A program made the position numbers and the translations under genes. A DNA stretch of 64,000 nucleotides from Candidatus Ornithoclostridium excrementipullorum (lineage in GTDB: Bacteria; Bacillota; Clostridia; Christensenellales; UBA3700), in the NCBI GenBank assembly GCA_018716085.1, contig DVKK01000047.1, forward strand, positions 908 through 64,907, read 5' to 3'. Shown here piece by piece: positions 36,160 through 45,388 of the stretch. Under the pieces are notes generated by a model. The model was not told the DNA's origin. It did not search any database and was given only the letters and a program-made list of their open reading frames with translations. Position 1 is the stretch's first letter. Each line of letters starts with the position of its first letter.

Positions 36160-36973
36160 ACGCGGCTACGGCGTGTTCGGGACGCGACGCGGCGACAGGG
36201 CGAAGATATTTTTCCGCAAGGCGCGGAGTCTGCTGTACGTGGACAGGTGCGTCTGCGTCGGCTGCGGGGCGGAACTTCCGCAGTCCGTACGGGGCGGCTT
36301 GTGTTCGGAGTGCCTTTCGCGCAGCATTGCGCTCGGATCGGATATATGCGCAAAGTGCGGCAGGATAGTCGCCAACGAAGCGGATTACTGCGACACTTGC
36401 ATAAACCGCGACCGACATTTCGAAAAAGCGCGTTCGTGCTTCGTCTACGACGGCGTGCCGAAGAAGCTTATCTACGGATTGAAATTCGGCGGTAAGAGGT
36501 ATCTGGCGTCCTTTCTCGCCGAATCGATGACCGACAGATATCTGGACGAGAATTACGACTGCGACTGCGTTATCGCGGTGCCTCTGTCGGAGAAGAGAAA
36601 GAAAAAGAGAGGCTACAATCAGTCCGAGCTGCTGGCCGAAGAGATATCGGGACAGCTGAAGCTCCCTCTGCTGACGGGCGCATTGGAGAAGATACGCGAC
36701 AACAAGGCTCAGGCGAAACTTCGCGTGAACGAGAGGGAAGAAAACGTGCGCGGAGCGTACGAAGTGAAAGACAAAGCCGCCGTAAAGGGGAAGAGGATAC
36801 TCGTCGTAGACGACGTTATCACGACGGGAGCGACCGCGAGCGAAGTCGCGCATATGCTTTACAAAGCGAAAGCGAGGAGCGTAAAAGTGCTGACGTATGC
36901 GTCAACGCGCTATACCGCTCCTTCCGAAAACATATTCGACGAGGAGGATGTTTATGAAGACGAGATGGTATAA
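36137..36973 (+). CDS. comFC: ComF family protein (ComFC-like phosphoribosyltransferase fold)
   Basis: N-terminal CxxC...CxxC zinc finger (CVGCG, CSEC, CAKCG, CDTC) and PRTase motif ILVVDDVITTGAT. The start (TTG 36137) is uncertain. Confidence 0.75.
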   Translation: MKTGTEAKRGYGVFGTRRGDRAKIFFRKARSLLYVDRCVCVGCGAELPQSVRGGLCSECLSRSIALGSDICAKCGRIVANEADYCDTCINRDRHFEKARSCFVYDGVPKKLIYGLKFGGKRYLASFLAESMTDRYLDENYDCDCVIAVPLSEKRKKKRGYNQSELLAEEISGQLKLPLLTGALEKIRDNKAQAKLRVNEREENVRGAYEVKDKAAVKGKRILVVDDVITTGATASEVAHMLYKAKARSVKVLTYASTRYTAPSENIFDEEDVYEDEMV

Positions 36974-38681
36974 GGACGCGTTCTTTTATCAGATCTATCC
37001 GCGCAGCTTCTGCGACGGCAACGGGGACGGTATCGGCGATCTGCGCGGTATAATATCCAAACTGGATTACATAAAGGATCTCGGCGTCAATGCGGTATGG
37101 CTCTCGCCGTGTTACAAGTCGCCCAACGACGACAACGGATACGATATCAGCGACTACCGCGACATCATGGACGAATTCGGTACGATGGCGGATTTCGAGG
37201 AATTGATAAACGGTCTGCACGAGCGCGGCATAAAGCTCATCATGGATCTTGTCGTCAATCACACGTCCGACGAACACTGGTGGTTCAAAGAGAGCCGTTC
37301 GTCCAAGGCAAATCCGTACCGCGACTACTATTACTGGAAAAAGGGCAGGGGCAAGAACGGCAAACGCCCTCCCAACAACTGGATGTCCAATTTTCTCGGA
37401 CCGGCATGGAAGTATGAGGAGAATACCGACGAGTGGTATCTGCACATCTTTTCCTACAAACAGCCCGATCTCAACTGGAACAACCCCAAGGTGCGGCAGG
37501 AAGTCGCCGACATATGCAATTTCTGGTTCGAAAAGGGCGTGGACGGATTCCGCTGCGACGTGATAACCTATATATCCAAAAAGGACGGACTGCCCAACGG
37601 CAAGATCAAACTGCCGCTGATCGGATTCGAGCAATATTGCCTTACGGAGAATTACCACAAATTCATCAAAGAAGTCGCCGACAAGTCGTGGAACCGCTAC
37701 GATACGACGATAGTGGGCGAAGCGATGGGCATCACTTCGTCCAACGCCGCCCAATATATCGACGAGAGCGTGGGCGAACTGGACTGCGTGTTCGCGTTCG
37801 AGCATACCAACTGCGACCGCTATACCCAGATCCTGCCGCACAAACTCAGCGTGAAGAAGCTGAAGAGCATTTTCGCCAGGTGGCAGGCTCTGCCCGAAAC
37901 GTGCACGCCGACTTTGTTTTTCGAGAATCACGACCAGCCGCGCAGCGTGCCGCGCTTCGTCGGTTACGACTGCGGCGAGCACAGGGACAAGGCGGCGAAA
38001 ATGCTTCCCGTCGCGCTTTATATGCAAAGGGGAGTGCCGTTCGTGTTCCAAGGGCAGGAGCTGGGCATGAGCGATATCCCGATCGGCAGGGAGGGCGAAG
38101 TGTGGCGCGACGGCAAGCCCGTCAAGGCGGTGCTCAAAGAGGAAGAAGTGTACAAGGATATCCTGTCCGTCAACGCCATGAAGATGTTCCGCAAACGCGC
38201 TCCGTTCCTCATGCCGATAGTCAAAAAGGTGCTCAAAAAGGTCGCCCGCGACCATGCGCGTACCCCGATGCAGTGGAGCGACGCCGCCAACGCGGGGTTC
38301 TGCCCCGAGGGCGTGGAGCCTTGGATGACGGTCAATCCCGACTATAAGAGAGTCAACGTCGCCGCCGAACAGGCGGACGGGGACAGCGTTCTGAACTATT
38401 ACAAGAAGCTTATCGCGTTCCGCAGATCAAGCGATTGCGTAAAGCGGGGCAAGTTCAAAGAATATTACGCAAAGAGCGGTAAGCTGTATGTCTACGAACG
38501 CCGTACCGAACAGAGCACCGTCGCCGTCGTCTGCAATTTTACCAAGACGGAGCAGCCGTTCGCTCTGCCCGAGGAATGGAAAGGCAAAGAGAGCGAATGC
38601 AGACTGTGCAATTACGACGAGATAAGACCTCTTGCGGACAGAATGCTGCGTCCGTTCGAGGCTGCCGTGTACGAGTTCTGA
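36954..38681 (+). CDS. GH13 alpha-glucosidase / oligo-1,6-glucosidase
   Basis: YQIYPRSFCDGNGDGIGDL, GVDGFRCDV, VGEA and FENHDQPR match GH13 regions I-IV. Start is at ATG 36954 after GAGGAGG. Confidence 0.9.
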   Translation: MKTRWYKDAFFYQIYPRSFCDGNGDGIGDLRGIISKLDYIKDLGVNAVWLSPCYKSPNDDNGYDISDYRDIMDEFGTMADFEELINGLHERGIKLIMDLVVNHTSDEHWWFKESRSSKANPYRDYYYWKKGRGKNGKRPPNNWMSNFLGPAWKYEENTDEWYLHIFSYKQPDLNWNNPKVRQEVADICNFWFEKGVDGFRCDVITYISKKDGLPNGKIKLPLIGFEQYCLTENYHKFIKEVADKSWNRYDTTIVGEAMGITSSNAAQYIDESVGELDCVFAFEHTNCDRYTQILPHKLSVKKLKSIFARWQALPETCTPTLFFENHDQPRSVPRFVGYDCGEHRDKAAKMLPVALYMQRGVPFVFQGQELGMSDIPIGREGEVWRDGKPVKAVLKEEEVYKDILSVNAMKMFRKRAPFLMPIVKKVLKKVARDHARTPMQWSDAANAGFCPEGVEPWMTVNPDYKRVNVAAEQADGDSVLNYYKKLIAFRRSSDCVKRGKFKEYYAKSGKLYVYERRTEQSTVAVVCNFTKTEQPFALPEEWKGKESECRLCNYDEIRPLADRMLRPFEAAVYEF

Positions 38682-38867
38682 TACCGGATCTCGGATGCGG
38701 GATTACGGCGCGCGACGGCGCGCCGCTTTCGCATAGATCGCGGCGTCCGCCCACGGCGATCCGAATGCGTCCGACGCCGCGCGGCAAGCGTTTTGCACCC
38801 GACGAGCGTTCCTGTTGCGATATGGCGAAAAATGCATAAAAAAACGTATACGTGTAGGTTTTTTTAG

Positions 38868-38896
38868 TTGAAAACACGCGTCATACGTGTTATAAT
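38868..38896 (+). promoter_or_regulatory. near-consensus promoter of the GtrA-YegP fusion gene
   Basis: TTGAAA (38868..38873), 17 nt, TATAAT (38891..38896). The spacer holds ACACG-N7-CGTGT. Confidence 0.6.
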
Positions 38897-38927
38897 TAAA
38901 GCATATCTATCCTGAGAGGAGGAAATT

Positions 38928-40775
38928 ATGGCTAAAAAGAAACCGGATAGCGAAGTCACGGAAGAGACTTCTGCGGTAGATCTCGGTGACGAGCAGGCGA
39001 TCGTCGAAGAACCCGAGAAAAAGAAAGGAACTCTGTTGCAGTTGGTGCTTTTCATCGCGTTGAGCATCATAGCCTGCGTGGTCCAGATGTTGATAATCAA
39101 CTATCTGCCCATGGCTATCAAAAACGACACTATGGTCGACGCGTGGATATTCTCCCAACCGCTCAACTCTCTTATAGGTTTTTTGGTAGGTAATGTCGTA
39201 GCGAAGCTGCTTTCTTACTTCCTTAACAGAAAAGCTACTTTCGGTGCCCGTAAGCATTTCGCGTTCAGCATGACCGTATACGTCATAATGTGCGTCGTGC
39301 TCATTATAGTAGAAACTTTGATCGGAGAACCGCTTAAACAGCAGTATATAGCGCTTCTCGGAGATTCTATGGCGAAAGTATCGTTCTTTGCGAGCGATAT
39401 CGAGGGTTGGTGTAATATCCTTTCCATCATCACATATTCCTGCGCCGATCTTATTATCGTGTTCATCATGAACAAATTAGTGATCATGAACGATCACATA
39501 TTCGACAGATTCGAGAAGAAAAAGGCTGTCGCGGCTGAAGGCGAGGAAAATGCTGCAGAGCAGCAGACCGACAGCGACGTCGTTGACAACGACGAAGCGG
39601 TAGCCGAGATCGTTGCCGATTCCGTAACCGAACAGTCAGAAGTTTCGGAGGGAGCGTCCGCGGTCGATAACGGCGTAGAGGCGGAAGTTCCCGCAGAGGA
39701 AGCCGTCGCTTATGAGGGATCGGTCGAGGAGACGGCGGAAGAGCCCGCCGAGGCAGTCGAAGAGACCGTTTCCGAAGAGACGGTCGCAGAGCAGCTCGAG
39801 GAAGAAGCCGTAGTCGAAGAAACGGAAAAAGCCGCAGCGGATGAGCCCGCCACGGAGGAAGACGTCCCCGCTGAAGAGGCTGAGAATAAGGAAGAGGTCG
39901 CGGAGGCGGAAGTCCCCTCAGAGGAAGCCGCAGCGTACGAGGAACCTGCCGAGGAGGCGCAGGAAGCTCCCGTCGAGATAGAGGAAGCTCCCGTCGAAGA
40001 AACCGTCGTTGAACAGACCGCCGCCGAGGAGAAAGCCGAAGAAGCGCCTGTCGACGAGAATGTCGTCGAAGAGCCCGCTCCCGTAGAAGAGAGCGAAGCG
40101 GCGCCTGCGGAAGCGAACGAGGCTCCCGTCGAAGAAGTTGCCGCCGCAGAGGAGAAACCCGTCGAGAAGAAGTCCTCCGCGAAAAAGGCTCCCGCAAAGA
40201 AGCCTGCCGCAAAGAAGACCGCGGATAAAAAGCCCGCCGCAAAGAAAGCGGACGAGAAGAAGACTGCGGCAAAGAAGACGGACGAGAAGAAGCCCGCCGC
40301 CAAGAAGACCGCGGATAAAAAGACTGAGGCAAAGAAGGACGAACCCAAGAAGACTGCGGCAAAACCCGAGGCGAAGGAACCCGTAAACAACGTGACCGTG
40401 TTGTTCGACGCGCCCGAGACCGAAGGACCCAAGGGCAAGTTCGTCATCATCAAGGACGAGATCAACCCGATGCGCCCGTACAAGTTCCAGCTCAAAGCCA
40501 ACAACGGACAGGTGCTGTACGAGAGCGAAGGATACAAGATCAAGCCCAGAGCCAAGCAGATCGAAGTGTTCCGCAATACGATCAATAACGGATCCGTTGC
40601 TTTCGATTCCGAGAAGAACGGAACCTATCGTTACAAGCTGTTCAAGCCGGACGGCACGCTTTACGGCGTAGGCGAAGGCTATAAGACCAAAGCCGCCGCG
40701 GAGAGTGCGATCGAGTCGGTCAAGAACTTCTGCAACACGTCCAATACTCTCGAAGATACGACTTTGGGAGAATAA
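38928..40775 (+). CDS. fusion protein: GtrA-like 4-TM domain + acidic E/A/P/V repeats + KKPAAKK-type basic repeats + two YegP (DUF1508) domains
   Basis: GtrA-type motif VVAKLLSYFLNRKATFG within 4 TM helices. YegP-like segments YKFQLKANNGQVLYESEGYKIK and YRYKLFKPDGTLYGVGEGYKTKAAAESAIESVKN. Strong SD GAGGAGG, own promoter and terminator. Confidence 0.8.
   Translation: MAKKKPDSEVTEETSAVDLGDEQAIVEEPEKKKGTLLQLVLFIALSIIACVVQMLIINYLPMAIKNDTMVDAWIFSQPLNSLIGFLVGNVVAKLLSYFLNRKATFGARKHFAFSMTVYVIMCVVLIIVETLIGEPLKQQYIALLGDSMAKVSFFASDIEGWCNILSIITYSCADLIIVFIMNKLVIMNDHIFDRFEKKKAVAAEGEENAAEQQTDSDVVDNDEAVAEIVADSVTEQSEVSEGASAVDNGVEAEVPAEEAVAYEGSVEETAEEPAEAVEETVSEETVAEQLEEEAVVEETEKAAADEPATEEDVPAEEAENKEEVAEAEVPSEEAAAYEEPAEEAQEAPVEIEEAPVEETVVEQTAAEEKAEEAPVDENVVEEPAPVEESEAAPAEANEAPVEEVAAAEEKPVEKKSSAKKAPAKKPAAKKTADKKPAAKKADEKKTAAKKTDEKKPAAKKTADKKTEAKKDEPKKTAAKPEAKEPVNNVTVLFDAPETEGPKGKFVIIKDEINPMRPYKFQLKANNGQVLYESEGYKIKPRAKQIEVFRNTINNGSVAFDSEKNGTYRYKLFKPDGTLYGVGEGYKTKAAAESAIESVKNFCNTSNTLEDTTLGE
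40182..40378 (+). repeat. in-frame tandem repeat of about 30 nt (10 aa, KKT[A/D][D/E]KKPAA type), about 6 units
   Basis: aagaagaccgcggataaaaagcccgccgca / aagaaagcggacgagaagaagactgcggca / aagaagacggacgagaagaagcccgccgcc / aagaagaccgcggataaaaagactgaggca / aagaaggacgaacccaagaagactgcggca. Confidence 0.8.
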
Positions 40776-40795
40776 GATAGATCGCTGTCATGCGC

Positions 40796-40823
40796 ACGCG
40801 CGTCCGAAAGGGCGCGCGTTTTC
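40796..40823 (+). terminator. intrinsic terminator
   Basis: ACGCGCGTCC-GAAA-GGGCGCGCGT followed by TTTT. Confidence 0.75.
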
Positions 40824-41112
40824 CGTATTTCGGTAAAAGGATAAGAAACGCGCAGGGGAGAAAGGCGAAGGAAAAGGACGGCTGAAACGAAGGATAAAAG
40901 CCGTCGTTAAAAGCGTAAAGCGAAGCGTAACGGACGTTGCGGGAGAGTTGTGCAGCGGAAAAGGGCGCTCGGCAGGACTTGCGTCGACTTGTCCGTAATA
41001 TGCGCATTTGCTCCGTCGGCACCGATATACGTATTCCCGAGCCGTGCGACGCAGTATTCGTCGATACGCTGAGCGGTCTTTTGAAAGTACGTTTACGGCG
41101 TGAAAAGCCGAC

Positions 41113-41137
41113 AAAAAAGCCGCCCCGAAGGGCGGCT
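41113..41137 (-). terminator. intrinsic terminator after the transketolase C-subunit gene
   Basis: Minus strand GCCGCCC-TTCG-GGGCGGC followed by TTTTTT. Confidence 0.75.
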
Positions 41138-41157
41138 CTCATTATTTTTATCCAATA

Positions 41158-42096
41158 TTATTTCCTCTGCATTGCTTTGACGGCTGCGTCGACGATGTTG
41201 CTCGGATTTAGACCGTATCTGTCGGCGAGATAAGCCATTTTGCCGACTTCGCCGAATTGGTCTTTTACGCTCACGCTCTCGACGGGGACGGGGCACAGTC
41301 CGGAGGTCACTTCCGATACCGCGCTCGTAAGGCCGTTGAATATATTGTGGTTTTCGGCGACGACGACCGCGCCCGTCTTTTTGACGGATCTGACGATCGT
41401 TTCTTCGTCGATCGGTTTCCAGGTGTAGACGTTGACTATCTCTGCGTCTATGCCGCGATCCTTGAGTATCTCCGCTGCTTTGATCGCACGGTCTACCATG
41501 ATACCGCTGGCAATGATCGTGACGTCGCGACCGGACCTTACGGTAAAGGCTTTGAACAGATCGAACTGCGCGCCGTCTTCGAATATCTTTTCCGTCTTTT
41601 TGCGGAACAGACGGATATATACGGCTCCTTTGTAGTCGGCTATCTGAGGCATCAGCGATTTGAGCATGGCTCCGTCGGTCGGTTCCACGCAGACCATCTG
41701 CGGTATACCGCGCATTATGCCCATGTCCTCGAACGGCATATGAGTGCCGCCGTTGAGCTCTGCGCAGATGCCGGGGTCGGTGCCGACTATTTTGACGTTC
41801 TGTTTGCTGTAAGCTACCGAGATGAATATCTGATCGAAACAGCGGCGAGTGGCAAACGTGGCGAAAGAAGAGCAGAAGGGCACTTTGCCGCAGGTCGCAA
41901 GACCGGCGGATATACCGATCATATTCGCTTCGGCTACGCCTACGTCGAAGAAACGGTCGGGATACGCCTTTTTGAAAGGGCCCGTCTTGATACAGTTCAT
42001 CAGGTCGGCTTCGACGACGACGATATCTTTGTTCGTCTTCGCCATTTCTATAAGACTGTCGCAGTATATCTCGCGCATCTCTTTAAGATCTTGCAT
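41158..42096 (-). CDS. transketolase, C-terminal (pyrimidine-binding) subunit
   Basis: GVAEANMIGISAGLA and overall length fit the split transketolase C-subunit. SD AGGAGG is upstream. Confidence 0.9.
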   Translation of the reverse strand: MQDLKEMREIYCDSLIEMAKTNKDIVVVEADLMNCIKTGPFKKAYPDRFFDVGVAEANMIGISAGLATCGKVPFCSSFATFATRRCFDQIFISVAYSKQNVKIVGTDPGICAELNGGTHMPFEDMGIMRGIPQMVCVEPTDGAMLKSLMPQIADYKGAVYIRLFRKKTEKIFEDGAQFDLFKAFTVRSGRDVTIIASGIMVDRAIKAAEILKDRGIDAEIVNVYTWKPIDEETIVRSVKKTGAVVVAENHNIFNGLTSAVSEVTSGLCPVPVESVSVKDQFGEVGKMAYLADRYGLNPSNIVDAAVKAMQRK

Positions 42097-42920
42097 CAGT
42101 CTGCCTCCTTATTGCAGAATTCGCGCCATTCGGCTTCGGATATGCTGAAGCTGTGGCTGCCCACGCCCTTGCTCTCGGCAAAGGGCACTCCGTGTCCCTT
42201 TACGGTGTCCAGAACGATGCAAGTGCATACGCCCTTGGCTTTGTGCGCGCGGTCGATCGCAGCGGATATCGCGGCGATATCGTGTCCGTTCACGCGTTCC
42301 GAACGCAGATTGAACGCTTCGCATTTTTTGTCGAAAGGCTCGATGCTGTTGATCGCGTCGGTGTAGTCGTCTATCTGCATTTTGTTGTTGTCGAGGAAGA
42401 TCGTCAGATTATCCAGTTTCATGTTGCCTGCGTACATCATCGCCTCCCAGATCTGACCTTCCTGAGATTCGCCGTCGCCTATGACGGCGTAAACTCTGTA
42501 ATCTTTTTTGTCTATCTTCGCGGCGAGAGCCATGCCGACCGCGCAGCTGAGCCCCTGGCCGAGAGAACCTGCGGTCATATCGACGCCCACGGTCTTGTTC
42601 ATGTCGCAATGCGACGGCAGTTCGGTCCCCGGGAGATTGAGAGTTTTGATCTTTTCGAGCGGGAAATATCCTTTGTCGGCAAGCACGGAATAAAGAGCCG
42701 GACCTGCGTGACCTTTGCTCAAAACTATCCTGTCGCGGTCGGGATCTTTGGGATCGGACGGATTAACGCGCGCTTTGTCGTAATACAGAACGGTCAGAAG
42801 TTCGACTATCGAGAGCGATCCTCCGACGTGTCCGACGCCGAGCCTGCCGATCATCTCGATGATCAGTTTGCGTATATCGTCGGCTTTGCCGTTCAGAAAT
42901 TCGAGTTTCTCCTTGTTCAT
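42096..42920 (-). CDS. transketolase, N-terminal (TPP-binding) subunit
   Basis: GHVGGSLS and GDGESQEGQIWEA TPP-binding motifs. Start reassigned to ATG 42920 after GGAGG. The stop overlaps the C-subunit start (TGATG). Confidence 0.9.
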   Translation of the reverse strand: MNKEKLEFLNGKADDIRKLIIEMIGRLGVGHVGGSLSIVELLTVLYYDKARVNPSDPKDPDRDRIVLSKGHAGPALYSVLADKGYFPLEKIKTLNLPGTELPSHCDMNKTVGVDMTAGSLGQGLSCAVGMALAAKIDKKDYRVYAVIGDGESQEGQIWEAMMYAGNMKLDNLTIFLDNNKMQIDDYTDAINSIEPFDKKCEAFNLRSERVNGHDIAAISAAIDRAHKAKGVCTCIVLDTVKGHGVPFAESKGVGSHSFSISEAEWREFCNKEAD

Positions 42921-43375
42921 AACTGCCTCCGACACTATTATAACATAACGGGCGCGGTTTTCAAAAAACTTTGACGTCGTTTTTGCCCCGTTTTTTAAGT
43001 TAATTATTTGACGCTCCCGTTTCGGCGGAATGCGTGCGGCGATAGCGGCTTCGATATTTGTGTTTTGCGACCGCGCCTCGGTTTTGCGCGTCCTTTCATG
43101 CTCGGCAGCGATAGCGGCGCTCGCTCCGTCGGTCCGTATCATTATCATCGCACCTCGATTTGCCGTTTACGAGGGGCGGAACGCTAGTCGACGCGAGCGT
43201 ATGAGGCGGCGGATCGCGCACGGTCGCCGCTTTTACGGATCTCGCGAGAGATCATGAGCATGATATCTCATGAACATGACGGCATATGAGGACATGGTCT
43301 TGCACGCATATGCGCTTATCGGCGTTCGTTCATGCGATCTCAGGGCGAAAAGCGCTTCATTACGCCTTGTTCCGC

Positions 43376-43404
43376 TTGCCAAGCCCGCGCGTATGCAGTA
43401 TAAT
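43376..43404 (+). promoter_or_regulatory. candidate proS promoter
   Basis: TTGCCA (43376..43381), 17 nt, TATAAT (43399..43404). Confidence 0.55.
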
Positions 43405-43433
43405 TTTATAAAACCGTTTTTCGAGAGGAAGTT

Positions 43434-45152
43434 ATGTTACTGAGCAAACTGGTTTGCGAGAGAATGAAGGAAGTCCCGCAGGACGCCAAGATAAAGAGCC
43501 ACGTGCTTTTGGTCCGCGCGGGATTTATCAAGCAGGTCGCGGGCGGCATCTATACGATGACGATGCCCTGTCAGAAAATGAGCCTGAAAATACAAAAGAT
43601 AATCCGCGAGGAGATGGATGCCGAGGACGGGCAGGAAGTGCTTTTCCCCGTCGTGATGCCGCGCGAGTTGTGGGAACAGTCCGGCAGATATTCTTCCATC
43701 GGGCAGGAGATGGTGCGTTTTAAGGACAGAGGCGACCGCGATATGCTTCTCGGCATGACGCACGAAGAGGCCGCGGTGCATCTTGCCAATCATACCGTAT
43801 CCAGCTATCAGCAGCTGCCCATGATGATATATCAGTTGCAGACCAAGTTCCGCGACGAGGCGAGACCCCGCGGAGGTCTGATCCGCGTACGCGAATTCAC
43901 GATGAAGGACGCGTATTCCTTCCATTGCGACAGCGCCGATCTCGAAAAGTATTACTATCGTATGTACGACGCCTATTACCGCATATTCAGGCGGATAGGG
44001 CTCAAAAATTTCATCGACGTCAAGTCGGACAGCGGCATGATGGGAGGCTCGGTCGCTCACGAATTCATGCTGATCACGCCCGACGGCGAGGACAGCATCG
44101 TTTTCTGCAACGACTGTGATTACAGAGCCAATATGGAAGTCGCCGTTTCGGTCATAGACAGACCCGAGGCGGAAGACGAACCGATGCGCGAGATATATAC
44201 CGGCGAAGACAAGACGATAGAGGAAGTCTGCGCAAGACTGAACATTCCCGCAAGCCGTACCGTCAAAGCCGTGGTTTACGCGGTAAAGGGCGACAGCGAC
44301 GAGCTTGTGGTCGCGTTCATTCGCGGCGATCTCGAAGTCAACGAGGCAAAGCTCAAAAAGGTGTTGGGCAAGAACGTCGTAGCTTACGACGGGGGCATAA
44401 GCGAGGATATCGTCTGCGGCAATATAGGCGCGATAGGTCTTTCGGATAAGATCGTCAAGGTGTTCGACAAGTCGCTCGAAGGTTGCAAAGGCATGGTGAC
44501 GGGCGCGAATAAGCCCGAATATCATATTGCGGGAGTCAACGTCGCGCGCGATTTCGGAGATGTGACGTTCGTAGACGTCGCAAAAGCCGCCGCAGGGCAC
44601 CGTTGCCCCGTATGCGGAGGCGCTCTCCGCGTGGAGAACGGTATCGAGATAGGCAATATCTTCCAGTTGGGGACGAAATATACCGCTTCCATGAATATGA
44701 CCGTCAACGGTCCGGACGGAACGGCGTTCAATCCGATCATGGGCTGTTACGGGATCGGCGTGGGCAGGGCGATAGGTTCTATCGCGCAGGAGTCCAACGA
44801 CGAATACGGATTGATACTGCCTATGAGCGTCGCTCCGTGGCAGGTCCATATCTGCGCGCTGCGTTACGACGACGATGCTGTCAGGAGCAAAGCCGACAAA
44901 CTGTATGCCGACCTGCGCGCAGCGGGAGTCGAGGTGTTGTTCGACGACAGGAACTGCGGCGCGGGCGTCAAGTTCGCGGACGCTGACCTTATGGGTATGC
45001 CGATACGCGTCGTCATATCTCCCAAAACGCTTGCCGAAGATAAGGTCGAGATCAAGTTGAGAAGAGAAAAGACCGCCGAGCGCGTCGATCTGTCCGAAGC
45101 GGTTTCCGAGATATGCCGCACGATCGAAAAAGAGCTCGAAGCTTTGAAATAA
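43434..45152 (+). CDS. proS: prolyl-tRNA synthetase (bacterial type with editing insertion)
   Basis: Class II motif 2 FRDEARPRGGLIRVREFTMKDAYSF. The 572-aa length fits an INS domain. Confidence 0.95.
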   Translation: MLLSKLVCERMKEVPQDAKIKSHVLLVRAGFIKQVAGGIYTMTMPCQKMSLKIQKIIREEMDAEDGQEVLFPVVMPRELWEQSGRYSSIGQEMVRFKDRGDRDMLLGMTHEEAAVHLANHTVSSYQQLPMMIYQLQTKFRDEARPRGGLIRVREFTMKDAYSFHCDSADLEKYYYRMYDAYYRIFRRIGLKNFIDVKSDSGMMGGSVAHEFMLITPDGEDSIVFCNDCDYRANMEVAVSVIDRPEAEDEPMREIYTGEDKTIEEVCARLNIPASRTVKAVVYAVKGDSDELVVAFIRGDLEVNEAKLKKVLGKNVVAYDGGISEDIVCGNIGAIGLSDKIVKVFDKSLEGCKGMVTGANKPEYHIAGVNVARDFGDVTFVDVAKAAAGHRCPVCGGALRVENGIEIGNIFQLGTKYTASMNMTVNGPDGTAFNPIMGCYGIGVGRAIGSIAQESNDEYGLILPMSVAPWQVHICALRYDDDAVRSKADKLYADLRAAGVEVLFDDRNCGAGVKFADADLMGMPIRVVISPKTLAEDKVEIKLRREKTAERVDLSEAVSEICRTIEKELEALK

Positions 45153-45169
45153 GTCTTTCAAATATCGGC

Positions 45170-45200
45170 GCGGTGACGCTCGCAGCGTCACCGCGTTTTT
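45170..45200 (+). terminator. intrinsic terminator after proS
   Basis: GCGGTGACGCT-CGC-AGCGTCACCGC followed by GTTTTT. Confidence 0.8.
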
Positions 45201-45388
45201 GTTTACCCGATACGATCAAGAAAAGACGGTTGCGGCGCGTATCCGGACGCGCGTATCTTACCGTAAGAAAAACGCCGCCGTGCAGGCGGCGCGCAAGTCC
45301 GTTTCGAAAGCCGGAAGTCACGGAGCCAACGCGGCGATAACGCAAAGCTTGCGCCGTAAAGGATGCGCGGTAGGCGCGGACTGCGAAG

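Noticed and set aside
40182-40378. Possible CRISPR-like array, because of regular ~30-nt repeats
   Set aside because: The repeats are contiguous with no spacers, in frame, and encode a Lys-rich peptide repeat within a CDS. There are no cas genes in the window.
39484-40585. Two ~290-aa minus-strand ORFs (Pro/Arg/Ser/Leu-rich and Ser/Ala/Gly-rich) inside the repeat region of the GtrA-YegP gene, plus the plus-strand alternative frame 40138..40386
   Set aside because: They are products of reading low-complexity GAA/GCC/AAG repeats in other frames. They have no starts with an SD and are fully nested in a well-supported gene.
43437-45191. 584-aa minus-strand ORF opposite proS. Similar cases occur opposite serS, leuS, the pepV-like gene, the GH13 gene, the transketolase C-subunit gene, the beta-mannosidase gene and asd (ORF-track entries 9803..10867, 10815..12647, 13416..15164, 36819..38255, 41257..42366, 48017..49513, 53821..55143).
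   Set aside because: All are shadow ORFs of clearly identified genes. None has a plausible SD or any recognisable motif. They have the same compositional signature as above.
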